NCBI GenBank assembly: GCA_009602735.1
Contig: WELA01000805.1
Location: 218,879 to 282,878, forward strand
Direction of reading: 5' to 3'
Length of the DNA: 64,000 nucleotides
Origin: Mesotaenium endlicherianum
Taxonomy: Eukaryota
Position numbers and translations under genes: made by a program. Shown here one piece after another: positions 38,567-49,514 of this stretch. The notes below the pieces were generated by a model. The model ran no database searches. It had not been told where the DNA came from and saw only the letters and a list, made by a program, of their open reading frames with translations. Each line of letters opens with the position of its first letter. Position 1 is the stretch's first letter.

Positions 38567-41472
38567 TCCAGTCTACTGACTGTGAGGATGCTAGAGATAG
38601 TGAGTCGTCACTAGCTGCCCTCGTAGCAGGTATTATGGGTCCTGCTGAACTGGATTCACTATGCATGCCTGACAACCAGATAAAGGAGACCATCAGCAAT
38701 ATAGACGTCCAGAGAGTGCACACTCTGGATGCTCTTGTTCCACCTGATGTCCAACATTTCTTTGCTACGTCAGGAGAACAATGCGAAAGTCAGGAAAAGA
38801 CAGTCCCCCCTATCCTACTGCATTGCATGATTGCAGGTAGGAAGGTGAGGGCATTTGTTGACGGAGGGGCGTCACATACTTTTATCCACAAGGACTTAGT
38901 TAAGCGGCTAAGGCTGCCTACTGTCACCCAAGGGAATAGAAAAATATTTCTTGGAGATGCCTCAAGTATCCCTGGAGGAGTTATAATTAAGCCTATTGAG
39001 GTCCAGTTAGGTTCTGGCATTGCAGTTCTAACTGAAACGCTTACATTTGAGGTACTCAACACTGGCTTTTATGATCTCGTGCTAGGCAGGTCCTNNNNNN
39101 NNNNNNNNNNNNNNNNNNNNNNNNNNNNNNNNNNNNNNNNNNNNNNNNNNNNNNNNNNNNNNNNNNNNNNNNNNNNNNNNNNNNNNNNNNNNNNNNNNNN
39201 NNNNNNNNNNNNNNNNNNNNNNNNNNNNNNNNNNNNNNNNNNNNNNNNNNNNNNNNNNNNNNNNNNNNNNNNNNNNNNNNNNNNNNNNNNNNNNNNNNNN
39301 NNNNNNNNNNNNNNNNNNNNNNNNNNNNNNNNNNNNNNNNNNNNNNNNNNNNNNNNNNNNNNNNNNNNNNNNNNNNNNNNNNNNNNNNNNNNNNNNNNNN
39401 NNNNNNGGGTATGTGTGGGGGGAAGAGCAGCAGGCTGCCTTCCAGACCCTTAAAGATGCCCTTTGTTCTGCCCCAGTGCTAGCCGTGTATGACCCCAGCA
39501 AACCGGTGCAGGTGGTTACTGATGCCTTGTGCGGAAAAATCACTTGTATTTTGTTGCAGCCTGCTGACAAAGCCACAAAGGATGGTAAGGTACGGCAGGA
39601 GTGGCATCCTGTGTTGTATGAGTCTATGAAATTTAATCCAGCGGAGATTAATTACTCAATGCATGATAAAGAGCTGCTAGCTATCATTCATGTACTCAAA
39701 CAGTGGAGAGCATACTTACATGGTAAAGCTTTTAAGGTGATTACAGATCATCTAGCTCTGACCCACTTTCAGAAGAAGTCCAAGCTGTCGAGGAGGGAGA
39801 ACCGCTGGAGCCAGATGCTGGAGCAGTTCCAAGTCCAGATCGACTACAAACCAGGGAAGTTGAATCCTGCTGATGCACTCTCTAGAAGACATGACTTGCA
39901 AGAAAGGAACTTTAGTCAGCATGCTGTAGATAAAGTCCTGTGTGCACTCACTTCACTAGAGTGGAAAAGTCCTTCCTAGAACAACTTAGGAAAGCCTACC
40001 TTTCTGACCCAACATTTGAGCCCAGCCCCACTACTAGTGCGTGTCGTGCTACTGCACTCGGGTATAAGCTGAAGGGAGGGGTCTGGGTGACTGAAACCAC
40101 TTCAGGCAGGCTAAAGCTGGTCATTCCTAATAACTTGGAAATAAGGTCTCTCTTACTGAGTCAAGCTCATGACAGCCTCCTGGGTGGACATTTGGGGCAG
40201 GCCAAAATCGTTGGCAAATTGGCAAAACATTATCATTGGGAGGGGTTACCCCGGGAGGTCTTGAAATATGTCAAGTCTTGTGACCAGTGTCAGAGAAATA
40301 AGTCTCGGCACACACCACCCGGAGGTCTCTTGCAATCGCTACCCATCCCAGCGGGACGCTGGGAAACTATATCCATGGACTGGGTGGTCACACTCCCACG
40401 AACTGCTAATGGGCATGATTCGGTATTGGTAGTCGTGGATAAACTGACAAAAATGGTCATTTTCATCCCCACAACTGTCAAAGTCACTGCACTCGAAACA
40501 GCGAGACAATTTTACAAGCATGTAGTATGCCAACTTGGGCTACCTTCTAATATCATCTCAGATAGAGACTCAAAATTCACCTCTAAGTTCTGGAGGACTT
40601 TAATGGGGTTAATGGGAGTCAAACAGCTGCTCAACACAGCAAACCACCCTCAGACGGATGGGCAGACTGAAAGAACTGACCAAGTTCTGCAGGAGGTGCT
40701 GAGAGCATATATTAACCAAAAATAAGATAATTGGGATGACCTGTTGCCTCAAATTCAGTTTGCGGTCAACAGTGCGGTGCACGCGTCAACGGGCAAGACT
40801 CCTTTTGAACTCAGCCTGGGTAGAGTCCCTAAGTCTCCTTTAGATGTGCTAGGGGAATCTTTAACTCACCCTGAAGGGATTGACAACCCGGTCTCCCTCC
40901 AGTTAACTCAGGAGTTTGCTGACACCCTGTCCGAAGTCCAACGGAACTTGCACAAGGTCCAGGAAACCCAACAAAAATACGCTAATCAACACCGTCGAGA
41001 ACTGACATTTTCCAAGGGGGATTTAGTCTAACTGCATTCTCAGCACCTGTACCTCCCTGGTGTGGTCAAGAAAAAGCTTGGCCCTGTCTGGGTCGGTCCA
41101 TATTCGGTGGTCCGTCGTGTCGGTCAGAATGCTTACAAATTAAACATGTCAGCGGACTACAAGGGTCACCCGGTCTTTAATGTCTCCTTCCTGGAACCAT
41201 ACATCAAAGGTGATGCACCGTTCACAGGTCGGTTGCCTGTCTAACCGGGACCAATCCCCGCTGTCCGGCACGGCGATCCTGAGGAATATGAGGTCGATGA
41301 GATTTTAGACGCTCGCTCGGTCTGTCGATCGACTAAATATGTCATGAAATACCTCATCCGATGGAAGGGTTACGATGCATCTGGGGACACGTGGGAATTT
41401 AAAGATCAGCTGACCAATGCCAAAGGGGCGTTGAAACGGTTCCACCTTCGGGCGGCTGGGGCACCTCCCTAA
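38542..41472 (+). pseudogene. pol: pol of element B (protease, RT region in assembly gap, RNase H, integrase, chromodomain)
   Basis: AFVDGGAS protease; N gap 39095-39406; VVTDAL, YSMHDKELLAII RNase H; HDSLLGGH...CDQC, ISMDWV, SDRDSKF, HPQTDGQTER integrase; GPY; EYEVDEIL...YLIRWKGY...DTWE chromodomain (41281-41472). Confidence 0.93.
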
Positions 41473-41687
41473 CAGTCAATTGAGTTGACACGGGAAGGTG
41501 ACAGGAGGTCCTGTCTCCATATAAGTTGGAGGGGGATGCGACAGTTAGTGACAGTTGTGACAGGCAGCCCACCTTTAAAATTAAGTTGGAGGGAGTGGTA
41601 TTCTCTGATCACCATATTACACACTCAACCTGCGCTCACACTCACTTACTCTCCAATTCAATTTTCCCTTATATTCACTCACACCAG

Positions 41688-43455
41688 GTACTCCACACTA
41701 GGAACTCTCCCGATCGCGTTCCTCTTCATCAAGGGCACTCAGTAGCGGCAAAATATCACGACTTCACTAACTGCATTGTGTTTATGATTGAGGAGGATGA
41801 CTCAAAAGTCGGAGCTCAAGAGGAAGAGAAGGGCGGAAGAGGCACATGCAGAATACTTGCAGCTCCGTGGAGACATCAAATCATCTTCCATCTCCGCTCG
41901 AGAATCACAACGACTCCAACAACAGCGGGAGGCACAGAAGAAGAAGGAGGAGGAGGAACAGGCCAGACTGAGGCAGGAAGAAATGGACAGAAAGCTGCAG
42001 AGGAGGCCAAGAAAGCAGAGGAGGAGAGGCAAGCTGAGGAGAAGCGGAAGCAGCAGACTGAAGAAGAAGAACGGAGGAGAATCAGCAGCTACCGCTACAC
42101 GGTGCTGGGCAAGGGCTTTGATCTACTGGAGGAGGCCTTCAAGTATGCCCAGAGAAGTCGCAGTGAGTCGCAGAAGGAAATCCTCCAGAAGGAAGGGGAG
42201 ACATCCGAAAACTTTGACAAGTATATAGAGGTCGGCACAGGGCTCCTCCTCTACCACGATTACGCCAGGATGGTAGGGCATACGGTTAGAGAGGCCAAGG
42301 CAATGGCCCAGGTGAACGAAGCAGGGGCTGTCTCGATTCCTGGTATCTGGGGGGCAGATAGGGTCATCAGGATGATCCCCATGGACGCGGACAGCTTCAA
42401 GGACTCAACACCCCACAACAGGTACAAGGCCATGTACAATGTACAATGAGGTGGAGAGGAGGAGCTGGGAATTCTTGGCCAGAGAAACCAGTCAGCTGGA
42501 CTTTGCAGGGCACTGGTACCCTTGTACTCTCAAAAAGACAGACGCTGCCTTCTTCCAAAAGCCCATTGATTGGCGGTGGATGACCATCAACATGAGGGAC
42601 CAGCAGAATGACAGGGCGACGGATGAGGAATTCCTGACAGACCTAAAGGAGAACATGCCCCCTCACATTGCGGCTTGGGACCCAAGATTGGATGGAGTCA
42701 GAGACTGCATGAGCCAAGAGATGCAGGGGGACAGAAGCAGGGCCCGAGAGTCATTCTCCAAAGGGAAGCACGCTTATGCCAAATGGGCAAGTAAGCAGGG
42801 GGAAAAGGACCTCTATGCGGTCCGGACTCAGCAGCCCCCACCAGCACCCAAAAGGGGAAGGTCAGTAGGATACTCTTTTTCTCGGGAAGAGCTGGAGCAG
42901 CGGACAGAGGAGACCCCAGAAGTCTCAGAGGAACCCGGGGACGGCAAGAAGGAGGAGTCAAAGGAAGACGAGGAGGAAGACACTAGCCCCGCCGTGATCC
43001 TGACATCTGCCACATCCCCTGTAAGGGAGAAGACGGGGTGGGCCCCGCCGCAACTCGCTCAAGAGGAGGATATCACTTGGCTGGGAACTGCCAGAGGATA
43101 TAGCCCATCTCCAGGCAAGGAGACCCAGTCAGACAGGGCAGACAGGAGGGCTGCTCGGGAGATAGCAAGAGGCCTGCCAGCATCTCCCTCGCAAAGAGGG
43201 CATGTACCCTTGGCTCATGTCATGCAACATCCTTCTGGGATGCCGGTATACGTACCTGTCAGTTTGAGGGCTGCCCAGGAGAAGGCTGCCTCCCTCCAGA
43301 CTGTGCAGGAGGAAACAGCCCAGTTACTGCGTTCTCCGCGGGGTCCTTACACGGAACCTCCCTCTCTAACAGGCTTCAGAAGACACCAAGACAGGAGGAG
43401 GTCTGGCTCCCCTGAGTATAGGGCCTCAGGGACATCTCCCTCCGAAGGGCAGTAG
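41688..43455 (+). CDS. Extra ORF inside element B between pol and the 3' LTR; unknown function; frameshifted
   Basis: Overlapping ORFs 41526-42449 and 42439-43455 join if the 7-bp tandem duplication ATGTACA-ATGTACA (42432-42445) is removed. Charged coiled-coil N-part, aromatic-rich middle, S/P/E-rich tail. The start is uncertain (splice acceptor 41687 or ATG 41784/41797). Confidence 0.75.
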
Positions 43456-44496
43456 GCTGGGGACGGAAGGGGCAGCACGCTGTTATTAGTGTTAGTGTTG
43501 TCGAGGCGACAACATGATAAGTTGGAGGGATTGTAATGAATCAGTATATTGATTGACATAATATTCATTTAAATAATATAGTTAAATAAGTTCAGCCTGC
43601 TGAACTTTAGTTAATGATCAGTGTGCTGGACTTTCTATTTAATATCAGTTTAATGACTTGGCCGGAAGTGGCAGGCTGAGGTCACCTTAAGTCAGCTTGT
43701 TGACACATTCTTTGACAGCCAGCTGACTTCCGTACTCGGTAGCAGCGAGCTGCCTCGATATGCATCTAAGGGTGGTATGCTAGATGAATGGCCAGATGAC
43801 ATCCCTATGATGGATGGCGATTCGGGATGATGGGAGATGGCGGTGGATTTGGTTAACCGAGGTCCTACCAACGTGGTTAACTCCCGGGTAGGCGGTGCCA
43901 TCGCACTGACCGTTGAACAGTAAACTCATTCCATGTACATATGCTAGGCATTGCTCTCGAGTTCGGCATTCGGAAACGAGGCCAACTCTCTTGTACAGCT
44001 TACTGAGAGAGATCTGAATCCAAGGCGAGAAGCCATTGATACGCACTGTCTTCTAACCTTGCTTATGTATGAGTTTACTGATTTGCATCATAGATGCTAG
44101 TTTACTCGCATTTGACTTACGAGTATTATTCACTGCTAGTGTATTGTCCTTTGCCGTTAAACTAGTTAACGGAAATACCATAAAGATTACTTGCTGGTAA
44201 AAAGATCTTTATTAATTGTTAATCGCCTATTTGGTAAGTCGATTCATTTCAATTGTGAAACCTGTTGCTATTTGGCCGAAGCTTCTTTGCTCTTAGCCAC
44301 AGTCTTCAATTCTTCATTGTGAGTTTGTCATTTCTCAATTCATCACTTTAAGCAGAATTCTAGCATGTGCTTCTTGCAAAAGGACTTTTGAGCACTTGAA
44401 ATCCGACCAGCAAGTCATCATCTTATGCGTCTCTTATGCACACAGGTGTTTGTCGTAGTTTATGTTCAAGATTATCCTAACAAACCAAAGTGGCCT

Positions 44497-45113
44497 ACTC
44501 TGATCCCTATCAAGATAAAACGACTTACCAATAGGCGATTAACAATTAATAAAAGATCTTTATGTTAGCGAGTAATATGTATGGTTTCTTCTGTTAACTG
44601 ATTCAACAGCAAAAGAAAATACACTAGCGGTATACGATACTCATAAGTCAATTGCAAGTAAACGAGCATCAATTATGCGATTGGTAAACTCGTACATAAG
44701 CAAGGTTAGAAAACAATTCGCATCAATGGCTTCTCGCCTTGGATTCAGATATCTTTCAGTAAGCTATACAAGAGAGTTGGCCTCGTTTTCGAATGCCAAA
44801 CTCAAGGGCACTACCTAGCATATGTACATGGAATGAGTTCACTGTTCAACAGCAAGTGCGATGGCACCGCCCACCCGGGAGTTAACCACGTCGATAGGAT
44901 CTTGGCTAACCAAATCTACAGCCATCTCCCATCATCCCAAATCGCCATCCACCCTAAGGGTGTCATCTGGCCACTCATCTATCACACCACACTTAGATGC
45001 ATAACTAGGTAGTTTGCTGCTACCGAGTACGGCAGTTAACAGACTATCAAAGAATGAGTCAGGGAGCTGACCTAATTGACTTCAGTCTGCTGCTCCCGGC
45101 TAAGTCACTAAAC
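44497..45113 (-). mobile_element. Diverged LTR relic related to element B, inverted, with PBS-like remnant
   Basis: 44521-45113 is the reverse complement of most of the B LTR (e.g. cgacttacca(a)ataggcgattaacaatt, atcaatggcttctcgccttggattcagat, cccgggagttaaccacg). Minus-strand TAGGGATCAGAGT at ~44497-44509 resembles a decayed iMet PBS. The right boundary is unclear. Confidence 0.88.
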
Positions 45114-46379
45114 TAAGTAGTAGAAATCGGATGCGGAGAGATGGGGGAAGCGAGAAGATAGAAGCTTGATTCGATGAAGGAAAAGATAATTCATTTGTAG
45201 AATATCGAATGAATGTACGATGCGTTTGGGCGACTTTATAGTCATCGTGTGGAACGGGCAAAAATGTAACGGTCGTAAATAAGTTAGTCTACTCCCGAAT
45301 AGATAGTGGCGGATAGTGCTCAATTGGTCGTTGGCGCATTGCGCTATGAGTCGTTGACAACATTTATTGTCTTCTAAACTTATCTAGAATTATCCTTCAT
45401 ACGTATGAGTCTATACACGTATATAATGGGTACGATATGTGTACATGACACGGGTTTGCATATTGCACGCGTCATGCATTCCGCACGACAAAGTCAAGTT
45501 TAGTTTCTGGTCTTTAGCCTAGCTCAGATCAACCTTGTCAGGTTGACCTTGCTGGTCTTCTGAGGTGAATTTGACCTTGTGTCACCTTGTGCCGTATTCT
45601 GACTCGCCGCAATTTCTGCCGCGCGTGTCAGACCGACAATAACCTTAAGTGGCGACATGGTGCACCATGATGTTTTTATATTCGGGGCCATTTGGGGCTG
45701 ATCATTGATGCCAATTGATGGAGTCGTCGAGCTAGACTGGTCACAGTAGGATCGCTGACTTTGGTCGCGCACGGGGGTGCGCCACGGCCCCGTTTTCTTG
45801 TTAAGAACATGACCGTCCACACCAGGTCCACACGACCCCGCGGCAGGAGGAGGTCAATAGTCGACCAGTTAGATTAGCCAGCCTTGTCACATCGATGGCT
45901 CATGCAGCTCAAGGGCCGAAATCACGACAGTTCAAATTGCGTACCTCTGGATGTCTCTGGATAATCATTGGCAATTACGGAGAAATTTATTACTGTTGCT
46001 GACTGTTGCGTCTTGTAGCTCCTCGTTTTCTCGTTGTTGACATAAATTTGTGGCTCGATAGCGTATCGTGGGCAGAATCGAATAGTTCTTGCATGATGAT
46101 GGCTGGACAGGACCAATGCGAACAGTAACTCTTTTTACTTATACTCGCCATGTCTCTCCTGTTCTAATTCAGTGGTAGACGATCGGCTAGTGAGTGGACA
46201 GTGTCTTGTATCCATGCTGCAAACGAAGTCTAGGACCCGCACGCATGCCTGACAATCAGAAGCATTAATAGACCTTGCCGTCACTTGTAGGCAAAATAAG
46301 TTGATTGACATTATTCTAAGAATGCTTCAAGCCTGCTGCCCTTAGGTCGCATATACAATTGGGAACCAGTCTGTGTCAC

Positions 46380-49300
46380 ATGGCGACCTCTTTCAGTGCC
46401 TGGCTGTCTGATCGGCAATATATTGCCATATGTGACAATGGACAATCTGCAATTGCGCGGAATTTCAAGCAGAAGTGTAGGCGAGTATACAGTAGTGCGT
46501 GTAGCAGCAGCAATGCTAGTAAATTCTTGATGAAATTAATGAACAAAGGTGTGAGACATGTAAATACATGCAAATCAGCTAGCTTGTCCACTTCTATGAG
46601 CAATGTGATAGGCTTGTCAACTTTGACTGGTCTGAAGGACAACCATTTTTCTTGCACTGGAGTAAATCCTCGCACTTCATTAGCAGCAGGGACTAGAGGC
46701 ACAGTCACCCACAGAAGGGCTCTATCCTGCAGTGCTTTGGCCAATGTAGATCTTAATTCTGCTGCTGACACAGCTCTTACGCATCAAAGTATGCAGAAAA
46801 AATGTACAGATGTTCTAACGGAGCCAGATGGGGAGGAAGTAAGTCTTGGTACCCAACAATTTGAAGGGCAGAAGCAAGAGACAGAATTGAAGCTCAGGCA
46901 GGTGGAAATGGATGAAGTGGACTTCAAGGGCAATGTATCCGAAAAGCAACAAGCTGGCTATCAGATACTAGCAGCTGAAGAAGCAGCCCAGATGTGGGTA
47001 GGGGACTACTTCTACACCTACATTCTTGCTCGCTCTTTTCCAGGAAGGTCTGCAGGTGAAGCTGATGTGTTTAGGACTCCCCATGACCTCACATGTGTGC
47101 AGAAAGAACCTCATGTAATCCACACACCAAATTACATATACTCCCTTGTGAAAGAAGTGTCATTCTTTCTGGAACGTAGCATGTCCTATACGAAAACCAC
47201 TAGTGGTACTTTGGGATGTGTCACTGAGGGTGGATAGCAGTACGCTCCAACATGCGCTGCTCACAGGGATGCAATGCTCCACGATGCGATAAAATTTCAA
47301 AAAAAGAGACGTTGCAGAAGGACGAGTATTGCTTTCGCAACTTGACAGCATAAGGTTTGGGAGAGAAGGAACGGAATAAGTACATGCTAGTGGTAAGCAG
47401 CATGAGCAAGGCGTCTAAGGCAAAGGAGTTGCCAATGGTCATGGCTGGGGCTGGGTGGAATGCAGTCAGCCGCATGGCTGAGGGCTGAGGCTCATTTTGA
47501 GCCCCAACAACATTCGAGGTCAGCAAAACAAAAGCTCTCGTGGCTTTCTGGATACTTGACTTGGAGGAGTGAGCCGAGTTCTTTTCCTGTCATCCACTTT
47601 CATCATCCTTTTCTTACGGGCTTTCAAACAGAACAAGCGCTGAATTTGCAATGAGAGTGGAGAAAGAAGACCGCCATCATTCTCGTGTTTGCATACAAGT
47701 GAGGGACTTGCATGATTGTATATGACTGTGTTCTGTCTCCTGTGTCAATTCTAGTGTGATGACAGGTTCACAGAGAGCCTGAAGAAGCGCTTCGCTGAGC
47801 AGGTATGGAAACCTTCATGCCAACCAAAGTATTAAGCTCCCTGAGGTCAGCTCGACAGATACTGGCTGTTGTACGATGCTTCTCCGCCATCATGTTAAAA
47901 TCCTCCATTCTCTTCTCTGCAATGAAGTTAGATGTGGGGGCCTCCAAGGATATGAGGAGATGTGTGTTTGTGTATCTGTTTCCTCATCTACATTTATGTG
48001 CAAACATTTGAGGAAAATGTATCTACGTCCATAGTGCATATTTATTCTTCATGTGTGGATGTGTGTGTCGCTTTTTCTCATGCAGGAATTTCAGTCGCTG
48101 AGGACAAAGTGTCGAGGGAGATTTGAGCAATCATTGAAGACTGTCTGCTTAGTAGCTGTAAGTATATTAACGAGCATTGCTGGTACCATAGCAGATAGAG
48201 CTCAAGCACTCTTAAACAATTGAACCATAATGGTTTCTCTTGCTTGCCTGTTTTCAAGGTCGTCCGCGTCTCCAAACTACATGTTTACGCTTGCGCCGGA
48301 ATAATGAGTGCAGCATAGTGATGTAACATTGCCCCTTGATCATAATCGCAGATTGAGACAGATACTGAGGCAGATGCTGCCAGTGGTACACCCAGGTCTT
48401 TGCTGGAAAATACTCTGGGCACGCTTGACGTGAGCATGCGCCAGCTTGGGCCACGTGAAATATTGCCTGAAGTAAGCACACTGGGAGCCCTATTCCTTCT
48501 GTTTTCACATCATCTCTTCCTTCTCATCAAAGGTCGTCCCTCGTATGAAAGAACTTCAAGGGGCAACCTATCATATTGCATTCATCCAGGAAACAAAAGA
48601 AACATATTTCATTTTTCGGTGCTATTTTGGGATGAATGGGCGCAATCTGAATTGACAACCAACCTCCTTACGTGTAGGTTATGATGCCACTGGATCCAAT
48701 CGCAAGTACTGCAGAAGCCTTGCAGGGCCTCTTTAGAAAGCTGGTACAGTGTTCGTGTCACTTTTATTATGACGCCCACATCTTATACTTGAATTGTAAA
48801 TTATTGGTGTTCTGAATTATCACGTGACTGGTGAATGCGACTCGTGCAGCAGACGCAAGCAGAGCCTCGTATAGAAGGGGGTGGAACAAGAAGACGCACA
48901 TATGGGTACATATCAAATGTATGTGTCGCCAAAACAGCAAGGCGAAGACGCATCGGTTACAACCTACTACAAGCTGCCATCAGGGCAGCATCAGACTGGG
49001 GTGAGTGCATGCATCTGCTTCAAGAAAGAACCTTTCCTAATATTTCTCATGTGGCACCTGTGGTGAGTGTCCTTTACTGTCTTCATAACAAATAGCAACT
49101 CTTTCACATGGCTTCGTCATGCAGGATTGGAGGATCTATATTGTCACGTCAATGTTGACAATCAACCTGCATGGGACCTCTATATGCAGAGCGGATTTAC
49201 GGTAAGCTCTCTATATAATTATTCCTTCTTCCTGTTTCACTCCCTCCTAAGGTCTTTCCTCAGCTGCATGCACTACATGCCCCTATTTATCCATCTTTGC

Positions 49301-49388
49301 TTTCTGGCAGGTGCTGCATGAGACTTCTGGAGTCTATTCAAAGAAGCCTCTGGAGAATACAGCTCTTCTACATCTGAAGCTGCCCTGA
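46380..49388 (+). CDS. GNAT6: GNAT-family acetyltransferase, plastid GNAT6-like (~400 aa)
   Basis: Exons 46380-46997, 47466-47518, 47766-47802, 48086-48157, 48352-48471, 48853(or 48850)-49000, 49125-49201, 49311-49388, all phases consistent. SAAWLRAEAHF...KKRFAEQEF...GTLDVS...YGYISNVCVAKTARRRRIG...LYCHVNVDNQPAWDLYMQSGF matches my recollection of plant GNAT6. Long S-rich N-terminal extension. Confidence 0.9.
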
Positions 49389-49514
49389 AGAGGGTTGAAG
49401 GTTTATCGTGTACAGGTCAATTTTGAATGTATATAACAATTTGTTTAATTTTCCTTGCTGAATACAGAGGCAAGCGTATTGCAGTTTAGCAGTGTAACGT
49501 AGTGAATTAGTCTA

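Larger units (their letters stand above)
36338..44251 (+). mobile_element. Ty3/gypsy chromovirus LTR retrotransposon, element B (different family, with extra 3' ORF)
   Basis: 720-bp LTRs 36338-37057 and 43532-44251 (TGTAATG...CATTTCA). TSD ATTGT at 36333-36337 and 44252-44256. PBS TGGTATCGGAGC 37059-37070. PPT AAGTTGGAGGGA 43519-43530. Confidence 0.97.

Noticed and set aside
41688..43455. env gene interpretation of the extra ORF
   Set aside because: No signal peptide or transmembrane helix; the protein is highly charged.
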